A stretch of 49,237 nucleotides of DNA from an uncultured Alphaproteobacteria bacterium (GTDB lineage Bacteria; Pseudomonadota; Alphaproteobacteria; Rs-D84): positions 1 through 49,237 of the forward strand of contig CALXQT010000021.1 of the NCBI GenBank assembly GCA_944390835.1, in the 5' to 3' direction. The first letter of the stretch is position 1. Each line of letters opens with the position of its first letter. This document shows, one piece after another, positions 37,691-47,415 of the stretch. The position numbers and the translations under genes were made by a program. The notes below the pieces were generated by a model that saw only the letters and a list, made by a program, of their open reading frames with translations, was not told the origin of the DNA and did not search any database.

Positions 37691-38935
37691 ATGAAAAAAC
37701 TACCAGAACTATTAGCGCCGGCAGGTACGTTGGACGCTTTCAAAACCGCTATTTTATATGGGGCTGATGCCATTTATGCTGGCTTGCCGGGTTTCTCAAT
37801 GCGCGCGCGTGCTAAAATTACAACGGACGAAGTTAAACAAGGTATAGAATTAGCGCACGAAGCCGGAAAAAAGGTTTATCTTGCTTTCAATTTATTCGCG
37901 CATGAACGGGACTTCGTAAATATGCCGCGTGTCAGTGAAACTATAAATTATTTAAAGCCAGATGCTCTTATTATATCAGATCCAGGTGTTATGATGTGGG
38001 TTCGTGAAAATCATCCTAGTATGCCTATTCATATATCAACCCAGGCAAATATTTGTTCCGCAGAATCTGTAAAGTTCTGGCAGAAAGCAGGGGCAAAATT
38101 ATGTGTCTTAGCGCGCGAGGTCTCTCATGAGGAATTCAAAGTAATTCGTGAAAAATGCCCTGATATTGGTTTGGAAATTTTCGTACATGGCGCGATGTGT
38201 ATGAGCTATTCTGGGCGTTGTTTACTATCTAATTTTATTACTGGACGTCCGGCAAATCGCGGTGCATGTGCACAGTTATGTAGGTGGAAATACGACGTAA
38301 TCTTGCGCGAGTGCGAATCCGGTATAGAAATGCCGCTGGAAGAAGATGAACGTGGTGCATATATAATGAACTCTAAAGATTTGTGCTTGATGCCACGTTT
38401 GCGTGAAGTTATCGAAGCTGGTCCAGATTCATTAAAAATAGAGGGGCGTAACCGTAGTGAGTATTATGTGGGTAGTGTCGTCCATGCGTATCGTGGTGCA
38501 TTAGATACATATGTTCGTAATCCAGATAATTTTGATCCGGAACCATTTATGGCGGAATTAAACCGACTTGAAACACGGGGGTATACAACTGCGTTTTTTG
38601 ATGGTGCTCTTGGATCAGATGCTCATAACTATGAAACAACTCGTTCTTCTTCGGACTGGCAAGCGGCCGGCGTTATAACTGCTGTTGACAGTGAGAAAAT
38701 TACGTTGGAGTTAAGAAATGAAATAAAAACTGGTGATGAAATAACGTTTCTTTTACCAGGAATTGATACCGGAATATCTGTGGTTTTAGCTCAAATAATC
38801 AACGCTAAAAATGAAGAGATTTTACCAAAATTATCTGCTGGACAGCATAATAGTTTAATTATTCCCAGAAAGTGGATTAATTCTTCAGTATCAAACAAAT
38901 TTGTTCCGTATGTGTTAGCATATAAACATAAATAA
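37691..38935 (+). CDS. U32-family peptidase-like protein (YegQ/TrhP/RlhA-type)
   Basis: The N-terminal PELLAPAGTLDAFKTAILYGADAIY and the U32 signature EIFVHGAMCMSYSGRCLLS are present. Length 414 aa. Confidence 0.9.
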   Translation: MKKLPELLAPAGTLDAFKTAILYGADAIYAGLPGFSMRARAKITTDEVKQGIELAHEAGKKVYLAFNLFAHERDFVNMPRVSETINYLKPDALIISDPGVMMWVRENHPSMPIHISTQANICSAESVKFWQKAGAKLCVLAREVSHEEFKVIREKCPDIGLEIFVHGAMCMSYSGRCLLSNFITGRPANRGACAQLCRWKYDVILRECESGIEMPLEEDERGAYIMNSKDLCLMPRLREVIEAGPDSLKIEGRNRSEYYVGSVVHAYRGALDTYVRNPDNFDPEPFMAELNRLETRGYTTAFFDGALGSDAHNYETTRSSSDWQAAGVITAVDSEKITLELRNEIKTGDEITFLLPGIDTGISVVLAQIINAKNEEILPKLSAGQHNSLIIPRKWINSSVSNKFVPYVLAYKHK

Positions 38936-38960
38936 AAAATCCCCATTTGGGGATTTTTTA
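38934..38960. terminator. Bidirectional terminator (U32 gene / 38958..39614 gene)
   Basis: aaaaaatcccca-ttt-tggggatttttt, between convergent genes. Confidence 0.75.
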
Positions 38961-39614
38961 TGCGGCCATACCGTTTTGTTTGTTTTTTAACTGCAACATG
39001 ATTAGTGTTTGCATTTTCTGTACTGCCATTTTCAAATCGCTTTGTTGGGTTTGGGCCTGCTTGTTATTGTCTGACGATGGCTTTGAATATGTTTTTATTA
39101 TGTCATTTAATATATTTAATGCTGATGTCGTATTCTGGGCCACGCGTTGATTCCAATTTTGTTTTTGTTCTGGCGTTAGTTCTAAAATGTCATCGCGATG
39201 TTGGCTAGTCATCATAACTTGTGACCATTTTGCTTTATGTGACGCAAATATTTGACGTAAGTATAAAGACGCTTGGTTGTTTCCGTTTTTATTTTCTATG
39301 AATTGTTGCATTTGCTTTATGGCTATATACCAAGCTTCGCCAAGAGAGCGTCCGCGTAACCAGTTGGTATAGCTAAGATTGAAGAACAGTTTAAAATAAT
39401 TGTCGGATAGTTTTTTCTTATCGGCAGCCGACAGTTGCTTTTCCTGTTCGTTCTGCAAGTTTGCGCCAGCGATTATTTGCATATTTTTTTCAAAAGCATC
39501 GTTCATAGCATGCTCCTTTGGGTATAATAAATTCTCTTGTTCATCTTGATATAGGTAATAAACCATACTTTTCAAGCGTTTGCCAAATGACAAATTTGTT
39601 TTGACTTTATTCAT
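38958..39614 (-). CDS. Hypothetical Gln/Asn/Lys-rich helical protein
   Basis: The ORF is open to 39794, but that extension runs over the divergent porin-gene promoter and RBS. The ATG at 39614 (MNKVKTNLSFGKRL...) has AGGGTG upstream. No family was recognised and the start is uncertain. Confidence 0.55.
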   Translation of the reverse strand: MNKVKTNLSFGKRLKSMVYYLYQDEQENLLYPKEHAMNDAFEKNMQIIAGANLQNEQEKQLSAADKKKLSDNYFKLFFNLSYTNWLRGRSLGEAWYIAIKQMQQFIENKNGNNQASLYLRQIFASHKAKWSQVMMTSQHRDDILELTPEQKQNWNQRVAQNTTSALNILNDIIKTYSKPSSDNNKQAQTQQSDLKMAVQKMQTLIMLQLKNKQNGMAA

Positions 39615-39742
39615 ATAATATAGCACCCTAAAGACGTTCATATCAGAACAACGTACTATTGCCAATAATGGGTGGTACGGATATGAATCTCGGTCTTGCC
39701 AATAATGGGGGCCGTGGAATTTCATCGAAAAATAAGGAGAAA

Positions 39743-40753
39743 ATGATGAAAAAAGGTTTGAAATTAGCAGTTGCAGCGTCGGTTTTAGCGACACCTGCGA
39801 TGGCGGCTAATTTAGAAAATCCGTTATATTTACCAACAGCTGGTGAATTTTATTCAAAAACGGGTGCTGGCGTTATGTACAAAGTTACAGATGATACAGA
39901 CGCAAATAAATTAAAAGATCATGCCGGGGCAACTGAATTCCCAATTTGGCGTGTAAGTGAAGAATTAGGTATTGGTATCACGGATAGCATTGCTTTGCGT
40001 GGTTCCTTTGCATATACGCAAGCGGACGATATTGATCGTAAAGGTTTAAATCATGGCCGTTTGGGCTTGATTTGGCGTCCGATAGAAACTACAGATAATA
40101 TTGTATTAGATGTCTATGCCGATGCTCATTTGGGTGGTATAAATAAAATGCGTGGTTCTTATACTTTGGAACACGGTTTTAAATATGATAACTATTCTAA
40201 TGGTCGTTGGGGCGCAGACGTTGGTTTACGTTTTGGTAAGACATGGAGCAAATTAACAACAAGTGCTTTTGTTGAAGTGTTAAAAACATTCGGCAGTAAC
40301 AATAATGTTATTGATGTTTCTGGCCTGAAAGTACCTGGCTCTGGTGGTTTGTTAGTTTCAGCGTTGGGTATTCCAGATGAAATTTCTGTTGATTTAAAAT
40401 CAACAACAGAAATTAACTTTGGTTTGAATGCTTTTTATCAGTTAGATGACAGATGGTCATTTGGCGGCGGTTTCAAGTACAACCACCATGCTGATAACGG
40501 TGTAAAAAGTTTGTCAACAGAAGTAACTAATCCTGCTGGTCAAACGTTTGCAGATGGTTTGATTTCTCAGTTGAAAGATATGAACGATGGTTTTGATGAA
40601 TATATCGTATCTTTGGCTGTTGCAAATCAATTGACTGATAATGTTCAAGTGGCGTTATACGGTGAATATACATTTGATACGGCACATGCGAATTCTCAGA
40701 ATGGTTCTGACGTAAAGGCAGAATTGGGTGTTCGTTTGAACTTGCAGTTCTAA
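39743..40753 (+). CDS. Outer-membrane beta-barrel (porin-like) protein
   Basis: AAGGAG lies upstream of ATG 39743. Signal peptide MMKKGLKLAVAASVLATPAMA. The C-terminal beta-signal is ...ELGVRLNLQF. Confidence 0.75.
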   Translation: MMKKGLKLAVAASVLATPAMAANLENPLYLPTAGEFYSKTGAGVMYKVTDDTDANKLKDHAGATEFPIWRVSEELGIGITDSIALRGSFAYTQADDIDRKGLNHGRLGLIWRPIETTDNIVLDVYADAHLGGINKMRGSYTLEHGFKYDNYSNGRWGADVGLRFGKTWSKLTTSAFVEVLKTFGSNNNVIDVSGLKVPGSGGLLVSALGIPDEISVDLKSTTEINFGLNAFYQLDDRWSFGGGFKYNHHADNGVKSLSTEVTNPAGQTFADGLISQLKDMNDGFDEYIVSLAVANQLTDNVQVALYGEYTFDTAHANSQNGSDVKAELGVRLNLQF

Positions 40754-40786
40754 AAATTAACTTAAAATTAACATATATTGGACAAG

Positions 40787-40815
40787 TACCCCGTCAATGA
40801 CGGGGTATATTTTTA
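40787..40815 (+). terminator. Rho-independent terminator after the 39743 OMP gene
   Basis: 9-bp stem taccccgtc-aat-gacggggta followed by tattttt. Confidence 0.65.
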
Positions 40816-40893
40816 ATTACCGTAATTTTTACTAAATACTTTTATCAGAGAGTTTTTTATGATATAATAAAGCCAAAGGAAAATGGAAAGAGA

Positions 40894-41994
40894 ATGAAAA
40901 AAGTCGGCTTTTTTGCGGCATTGACGGGGTTGCTATTCGGGGTAAATGGTGGCGCTGGTGCTGCCAATGTATATCCTGTATATAGTGGCTATCAGGGTAC
41001 GAATGCGGCCGGACAGGTTGTGTTGTTACCTACCACCAGCGGTACGGTTGTGTCGTCATATAATCCGAACGCGGCCAGTTCAACTCGTATAACGGGGGCT
41101 CTGCCAAAGGTTGGCTCTAATGTAACGACGACGACAACAACGACAACAGCGGCCGGACGGCAATATTATCAGCCATCTGATTTTGATCGACTGGCCGACA
41201 GTGGTTTATATGTTGGTTTGTCTGTTGGGTACTCTGCCAGTGTTAGCGGTTCGATGTTATCTGATTATATGAATGAAGAAAAGGGGCAGTTTGTTCCTGG
41301 TGCCTTTCAAGAGGCGGATTTTGATACAGATACTGTAATTCCGCTACAAATGTCCGTTGGGGCTTCAATTAACAATGATTTACGTGTAGATTTCTCTTAT
41401 TTGCGCTATTCAGGTATTGCTTATCCAAGTATGGTAAAAACTTCTGATGGTGTTGGGGGATATGTCGATGCTACGGTTGATGGTGGTGCAATTACATCAA
41501 ACGTAACAATGTTAAATCTGTATTATAACATTGATTCCTATACTGGTTATTTGGCAGGTGGTATGTTGCGTCCTTATGTGGGGGTCGGTGCTGGTATTTC
41601 ATTAAATACGATTGCTGATTATGTGGTTTATGATGATACGTTCTATTCAGAAATGGAGCCAAGTGCCGCAGCACCAGGTGACATTACCGGTGTTTCTGAC
41701 GTATACGGCTATCATAATGGCGGAACGTCTGAACAATTGGCTTTTATGTTTGAGGGTGGACTTACCACAGAAATGGATGGTGGTATCAAAATAGATTTCT
41801 TTGTCAGATATATGAATCTGGGCCAGGTAAGAACATCTGGTAGTATAATATTGTCGCAAACGGAATGGTTGGGTGACGGAAGCGGGTTGGAATTCCCTGC
41901 GGATTACGATAGTGTATATCACTATACCAATTGGTATGAAAGCGGCAGATTAAGCACAATAGATATCGGCGCAAGGTTAAGATTACAATTCTAA
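40894..41994 (+). CDS. Outer-membrane beta-barrel protein (Omp25/Omp31-like OMP_b-brl type) with poly-Thr tract
   Basis: Signal peptide MKKVGFFAALTGLLFGVNGGAGA. A run of 8 Thr is present. GLYVGLSVGYS-type strands are present. The C-terminal ...IGARLRLQF is the same RLxLQF ending as the upstream OMP. Confidence 0.75.
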   Translation: MKKVGFFAALTGLLFGVNGGAGAANVYPVYSGYQGTNAAGQVVLLPTTSGTVVSSYNPNAASSTRITGALPKVGSNVTTTTTTTTAAGRQYYQPSDFDRLADSGLYVGLSVGYSASVSGSMLSDYMNEEKGQFVPGAFQEADFDTDTVIPLQMSVGASINNDLRVDFSYLRYSGIAYPSMVKTSDGVGGYVDATVDGGAITSNVTMLNLYYNIDSYTGYLAGGMLRPYVGVGAGISLNTIADYVVYDDTFYSEMEPSAAAPGDITGVSDVYGYHNGGTSEQLAFMFEGGLTTEMDGGIKIDFFVRYMNLGQVRTSGSIILSQTEWLGDGSGLEFPADYDSVYHYTNWYESGRLSTIDIGARLRLQF

Positions 41995-42044
41995 TGCGTT
42001 TATGTTCTGTGGCTGAAATAACTATGTAAAGCGGGGCAAAATCG

Positions 42045-43730
42045 ATGAAAGCAAATCATGCAATTATTCATTACTCTTTGTTTGCAGCATTGATTGGACT
42101 GTCGACTTTTAATGCGAACGCTGCTTTACGTGTAGGTAATCATTCTCGTGCGTATTCCCAAGCATATCAGCAAATCAACGCTTTACAGAATACTGCTGCA
42201 ACTGTTCCAATTGTAACGACACCATCGACAGATACAGAAAATAATTTACCTGTTCGGGTCGCAGATGAAGAATTAGTACAACAAATTACTAGTGGAAGTA
42301 CGAATACACCAGTTGCATATAACCAGCTGGAGCAATGTTCAATGATTTACCCTAATGGTGAATTTGCGTGGGATGCTCCAACTATTGGTATGGGGGTTGG
42401 TGGTGCAGATACTTGTGTTGCTGTTGTTGAGTTGCGTGGTTACCAAGCTGCGGCAGATGGTTCAGATTTAGTTTTGGCCAGAGCTCAATTGGCAGCGGGA
42501 GATAGCTTTAAATGTAATATAAGCTCTTTTCCAGAATCAACAATGATTGTTAGTGCGGTTGAAAATTTTACATTTCCGGCAGATGCGGCACCAACTACTG
42601 ATGATGTTATAGCTCAGATGAATAAAGAACAAAAAAAGAATGCTGGCTTAAAGATTGCGGCAGCGGCTATAATCGGTGGTATTGGTGGAAATATGGCGGG
42701 CGCAAATGAGCCGGGTAATGACAGCTTGTTGGGGACCAGCGATAGTAAAATAAAAAGTACTGTTATCGGTGCACTTGGCGGTGGTGCGGTCGGTGCTGGT
42801 AATGCATATGCAGGGAAGGTAGCAGGTGATGTTATCTTGTCAACCAGCGTTAATGCGGCAGCAGCAAGCTTAGTTGGTAACATGGCAGGTACAGGCAAGG
42901 ATGTTTTGCGTATAGAGGACTGTGATTTAGTAGATAGAGGGAAAACATCTTGTTTGTGGGGTGTTTTGGCTACTGCAAAACCAGTAACGGATAAAGAAGC
43001 TTATTATGAAATATATAGCGGTGAAACATACCTGTGCGATAATAATAAAGGTTGTGAAAAAACAGAATTAATCTCAATCGAATTAGAGGCTTATAAGGGA
43101 AAGGATATAGAAAGTATAACAGATGACTTTGAAAAAGTTGCTGGAGACTCTAGTTTACAATATTTCATGCAAGTCAAAGATGGTAAAATAAAAATGGTAG
43201 CAGCATCTGATGCAATCGGAGACCAGTATGTTGATGCTAATAGGGGAACTTTTGCGAAAATATCAAAAGCTTCTACAATTGACCGCGAAATACCTGCTAT
43301 GATTGAAATGCATGACAAGGCCTTTGGTATGACTAAAGATGACTGGCGTGAATGGAAAAAGAATAATGGTAGCGGGGTAAACTTTTATTACAGAACAATA
43401 TCTGGTACGGCATCAATTATATCAGATGAGTCTGTAGCGGATATCAACAATTTTTATCCTATGATGTTAAGTGCTGAAGACGGTAGTTTAATTGATTTTG
43501 GTAATAAAGCCCGTTTAAAAAGTACTTTAATTGGTGCCGGTGTTGGCGGTGCTTTGGGGGCGTTGTCGGGGTACCAGGGGGCACAGTCAGATATTCAAAA
43601 TCGTTGGGTTACTGCAGTACGTGAATATGAGGATTCCTTAAGCAAGGTATATTGTGCGACAGGTACTAGATATTTAAGCAAGTATAATGATAATGTATAT
43701 ATACCGCAGATGACCCCAATAAATGAATAA
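42045..43730 (+). CDS. Secreted protein with three glycine-zipper segments
   Basis: Signal peptide ending FNANA/A. The Gly-zipper-like segments are IAAAAIIGGIGGNMAGA, VIGALGGGAVGAGNAYAG and LIGAGVGGALGALSGYQG. No family was recognised. Confidence 0.75.
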   Translation: MKANHAIIHYSLFAALIGLSTFNANAALRVGNHSRAYSQAYQQINALQNTAATVPIVTTPSTDTENNLPVRVADEELVQQITSGSTNTPVAYNQLEQCSMIYPNGEFAWDAPTIGMGVGGADTCVAVVELRGYQAAADGSDLVLARAQLAAGDSFKCNISSFPESTMIVSAVENFTFPADAAPTTDDVIAQMNKEQKKNAGLKIAAAAIIGGIGGNMAGANEPGNDSLLGTSDSKIKSTVIGALGGGAVGAGNAYAGKVAGDVILSTSVNAAAASLVGNMAGTGKDVLRIEDCDLVDRGKTSCLWGVLATAKPVTDKEAYYEIYSGETYLCDNNKGCEKTELISIELEAYKGKDIESITDDFEKVAGDSSLQYFMQVKDGKIKMVAASDAIGDQYVDANRGTFAKISKASTIDREIPAMIEMHDKAFGMTKDDWREWKKNNGSGVNFYYRTISGTASIISDESVADINNFYPMMLSAEDGSLIDFGNKARLKSTLIGAGVGGALGALSGYQGAQSDIQNRWVTAVREYEDSLSKVYCATGTRYLSKYNDNVYIPQMTPINE

Positions 43731-43755
43731 AAAACGCCCAAAAGGGCGTTTTTAT
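43729..43755. terminator. Bidirectional terminator (42045 gene / glyQS)
   Basis: aaaaaacgccc-aaaa-gggcgttttt, between convergent genes. Confidence 0.75.
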
Positions 43756-45122
43756 TTTTCGTTTTTATTTATTATTTCCATAACTTTTTGTGGTACGTCA
43801 ACAACAGCAACTCGTTCCTGAGCCATAGAATCACGATAACGTAAAGTAACGGTGCTATCTTCTAAAGATTGATGATCAACCGTTATACAAACCGGAGTCC
43901 CTATTTCATCGTGACGGCGATAGTTCTTACCAATATTACCGGAATTTTCTAATTCTATACGTCCAATATTCAATTTACGTAAATCATTTTCGATATTATT
44001 CGCCATTGTGACTAGTTCTGGAACGTTTCTAGCCAATGGTATAACAGCGGCTTTTACTGGTGCTAATGCAGGCTTTAACTTTAATACAATACGCGTTTTC
44101 CCGTCTGGTAATTCTTCTTCGGTATACGCATCCAACATTACCGCCAACATTGCACGGTTAACCCCCATAGCAGTTTCAATTACAAATGGAATAAAACTTT
44201 CACCGGTTTGTGGATCGCTATAGGCTAATTTGATTGTACTATCCTTATTTTCTAGTACTTTTGCTTGAATGTTAAATTCACTTTGAGCTTTTGTATGAGA
44301 ACCCAGATCAAAGTCTTGACGATTATGAATACCTTCTACTTCATCAAACCCATCTGGAAATTCGTATTCAATGTCCCCGGCGGATTTAGCGTAGTGTGCT
44401 AATTTTTCATGTGGGGTAAAACGTAACTTTTCAGCAGGAATTCCCAAAGTGTCTATCCACCATGCCATACGTGTTTTTTTCCATATCTCAAAGTACTTTT
44501 CATCTTCTGCAGGGTTTACAAAATATTGCATTTCAGCCTGTTCAAATTCGCGCATACGGAAAACAAATCCACGCGGTGATATTTCATTACGGAATGCCTT
44601 TCCTATTTGAGCTATACCAAATGGTAATTTATGTGGGCATGCATCCATAACGTTTTTGAAATTGACATAAGTGGTGGTTGCCGTCTCTGGACGTAGGTAG
44701 GCATTTATCGCACCGTCAGCAGTAGCACCAATAGACAATCCCATCATTAATTGGTATGCACGAGGTTCGGTAATATCTGTGCTGCCACAGTTATCACATT
44801 TTGTTGGATCTTTCATTTTATCCTGACGCATGCGGGTACCACATTTCTTACATTCTACCAGCGGATCAGAAAAACTACCTTCATGACCAGAATATTTCCA
44901 CATTAATCGGTTACTTATAAGGGCGGCATCTAAACCCTCGATATCATTACGAGAGTATATCATCGCATTCCACCAAGCGTTACGGATGTTTTTCATTAAT
45001 TCTACACCATATGGACCGTAATCATAAGCACCACCCAAACCACCATAAATTTCGGAACCTGTGAAAATAAAACCGCGACGTTTGCATAATGCGACAATGT
45101 CATTTATTGTTTTTGCTGGCAT
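43752..45122 (-). CDS. glyQS: Glycine-tRNA ligase, homodimeric (alpha2) class II type
   Basis: 456 aa. The N-terminus ...[35 protein letters not shown]-like, FRNEISPR, and a C-terminal anticodon-binding domain are typical of single-chain GlyRS. Confidence 0.95.
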   Translation of the reverse strand: [456 protein letters not shown]

Positions 45123-45190
45123 TTTTATCCCCTAATTTTTACCGAATAATTGTTATACAGATTTTAAATGTTTGCAACTGTTTTAAGCAT

Positions 45191-45217
45191 AAAAATAGGG
45201 GCTGTGCCCCCATTTTT
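45191..45217 (-). terminator. Rho-independent terminator after ferredoxin gene
   Basis: The minus strand reads ggggc-aca-gcccc followed by tattttt. Confidence 0.55.
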
Positions 45218-45230
45218 ATAAAAGTTACGT

Positions 45231-45413
45231 TTACTTTGCGTCTGGAGCAATTGCAGCGACCGGACACACAGCTGCGCATGTCCCACAGGAAATGCATTTT
45301 GCTGGGTCAATAACACATTTGCCGTCCGTACCTGTTGAAATTGCCATGACCGGACACGCCCCCATACATGTATGACAACCTATGCACTTAGAAGGATCTA
45401 TTTTATAAGCCAT
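45231..45413 (-). CDS. fdx: 2x[4Fe-4S] clostridial-type ferredoxin
   Basis: 60 aa with two CxxCxxCxxxCP motifs (CIGCHTCMGACP and CISCGTCAAVCP). GGAG lies upstream. Confidence 0.9.
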   Translation of the reverse strand: MAYKIDPSKCIGCHTCMGACPVMAISTGTDGKCVIDPAKCISCGTCAAVCPVAAIAPDAK

Positions 45414-45438
45414 TTTTATTCTCCGTTTGTTTTGATTT

Positions 45439-46182
45439 TTAGTTTCTATTTAATAAACTTAACAGATATTGGAACATTGCTATAAAGGATATATATAGGT
45501 GTAATGCACCTAATACAGCCAATTGATTTTTTTGGTTGCCGTTACCTAAAACAGCATAGGCTCGTTTTAAAGTTTGCATATCATAAGCAGTAAATAAAGC
45601 AAAAATTAAAACACCTATGAAGCATACTATCGTGCCAAATGTACCACCTAAGATTGCTGGCCATATTAATGATGCTATTCCAACCAATATTAAACCAATC
45701 ATACCCATAAACAAGAATATACCCATAAAGGATAAATCTTTAACTGTCTTGTAACCGAAAAGAGCCATACATGCAAACATAACTGCTGCGATTACAAAAG
45801 CTGATAAAATAGTTAATGGGTTATGTGTTACTGCAACAATTAACAATGGGGTCATTACAACGCCTGTTAAAACAGCATATAACAACAGAAGTAATATGCC
45901 AGTGGACGGTTTAAAACTGAAAGCACGAACTTGGGCCCATATTGCTAACGCAAGACCGCCAAACAGCAGTATATAATAAAATGCGGATAAACCAGTCGGG
46001 GTAAATAGCGTGGACCATAATGGGGTTACCATTGTTATAAAAGATGCAAATGCTGTGATCCCAACCGCACCAAACATTAGTGCAAAAATGCGTCTTAAAT
46101 ACAACTCTATACCACCACCAGATTTTGCCATTTTGGGTTCTGTGGGAGCTTTTGTCTTTAATGCAATATTTTTTACTGCCAT
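45439..46182 (-). CDS. Bax inhibitor-1/YccA-family membrane protein
   Basis: 247 aa with seven hydrophobic helices. The LYLRRIFALMFGAVGITA start region and the C-terminal ...ALHLYISFIAMFQYLLSLL are typical of the family. AAGGAG lies 8 nt upstream of ATG 46182. Confidence 0.88.
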   Translation of the reverse strand: MAVKNIALKTKAPTEPKMAKSGGGIELYLRRIFALMFGAVGITAFASFITMVTPLWSTLFTPTGLSAFYYILLFGGLALAIWAQVRAFSFKPSTGILLLLLYAVLTGVVMTPLLIVAVTHNPLTILSAFVIAAVMFACMALFGYKTVKDLSFMGIFLFMGMIGLILVGIASLIWPAILGGTFGTIVCFIGVLIFALFTAYDMQTLKRAYAVLGNGNQKNQLAVLGALHLYISFIAMFQYLLSLLNRN

Positions 46183-46348
46183 TTTTTTCTCCTTGTTAGT
46201 TATCTCATTATATAATACAATACATGGGACAATTCAAGGTCAAAGAAAAACAACCATAAAAATAGAAAATATAGGCTGTTTTAGGGTATTCGTTTACTTG
46301 GAAAAATGATAAAACACGTTGAATAAAATTTTATAGGTAAGGATTATA

Positions 46349-47176
46349 ATGGCGATAGTAGTAAACCCAATTTCACCGATTGCTTTTTCTGTGTTTGGTT
46401 TAAATATACGTTGGTATGCATTGGCTTATATTGCTGCGTTTGTTGTTGGGTATTTTATGTTACGAAGTTTTACAAGAGATAAGAATACTCAGATACGTTT
46501 GGATAAAAAGCAGTTGGATGATTTGCTTACAGCTTTGATTTTTGGGGTAATTTTAGGCGGACGGCTAGGTTATATTTTGTTTTATAACTTACCATTTTTC
46601 TTATCTCATCCGTTGGAAATATTTGCTGTTTGGCATGGTGGTATGAGTTTCCATGGTGGGCTTATTGGTGTGATCGTTTCAACATTTTTATTCGTATGGA
46701 ATCAGAAAAGACAAGGGAATTTAGCGGGAAGTATATATGCAAATTCATTCAGGTTATTAGATATAATGGCAGTTGTGGCGCCTATTGGTTTGTTTTTCGG
46801 TAGAATTGCTAATTTTATAAATATGGAAGTCATGGGACGGGTAACAGATGTTCCATGGGCGGTTGTTTTTGCGGGGGATTCTGATTTACCGCGGCACCCC
46901 AGCCCTATTTATGAGGCTTCATTAGAAGGTGTATTGCTATTTATAATAATGTATTGTTTATACAAGTTTACGAAGTTACGGAAATATCCTGGTGCGCTGG
47001 GCGGAATGTTAGGTATGCTTTATGCGATATTTAGAATATTTTGCGAGCAATTTCGAGCACCCGATATACAGATAGGTTTTTTAACCAGCTGGGGTTTAAC
47101 AATGGGTCAGATGCTTTCTGGGGTAATGTTTGTTGCTGGAATGATAATATTTGGTATTGCAATTAGGAAAAAATAA
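46349..47176 (+). CDS. lgt: Prolipoprotein diacylglyceryl transferase
   Basis: IRWYALAYIAAF, HGGMSFHGGLIG, GRIANFINMEVMGR and HPSPIYEA motifs. Length 275 aa. Confidence 0.93.
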   Translation: MAIVVNPISPIAFSVFGLNIRWYALAYIAAFVVGYFMLRSFTRDKNTQIRLDKKQLDDLLTALIFGVILGGRLGYILFYNLPFFLSHPLEIFAVWHGGMSFHGGLIGVIVSTFLFVWNQKRQGNLAGSIYANSFRLLDIMAVVAPIGLFFGRIANFINMEVMGRVTDVPWAVVFAGDSDLPRHPSPIYEASLEGVLLFIIMYCLYKFTKLRKYPGALGGMLGMLYAIFRIFCEQFRAPDIQIGFLTSWGLTMGQMLSGVMFVAGMIIFGIAIRKK

Positions 47177-47203
47177 TATAAAATAAACGGGGTTAAAAGT
47201 TTA

Positions 47204-47293
47204 GGATGGGTGGCAGAGCGGTCGAATGCGACGGTCTTGAAAACCGCTGTGGGGGCAACTCCACCGGGGGTTCGAATCCCTCCCCATCCGCCA
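47204..47293 (+). tRNA. tRNA-Ser (anticodon UGA), long variable arm, CCA encoded
   Basis: 90 nt. Acceptor GGATGGG/CCCATCC, anticodon loop CTTGAAA, variable-arm stem GTGGGG/CTCCAC, T arm GGGGG-TTCGAAT-CCCTC, discriminator G plus CCA. Confidence 0.92.
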
Positions 47294-47298
47294 GATAT

Positions 47299-47326
47299 AA
47301 AAAGTGCCAGTTAAGGCACTTTTTTA
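47299..47326 (+). terminator. Hairpin/T-run terminator after tRNA-Ser
   Basis: aaagtgcc-agttaa-ggcacttt followed by tttt. Confidence 0.6.
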
Positions 47327-47415
47327 TTAGAATCTAATATTTAGATATATTAACAAAAATCCCAGTAAACTAAGCACTTTGTGGTATCAAACAGAAAAAA
47401 TATAAGGAATCTGGT

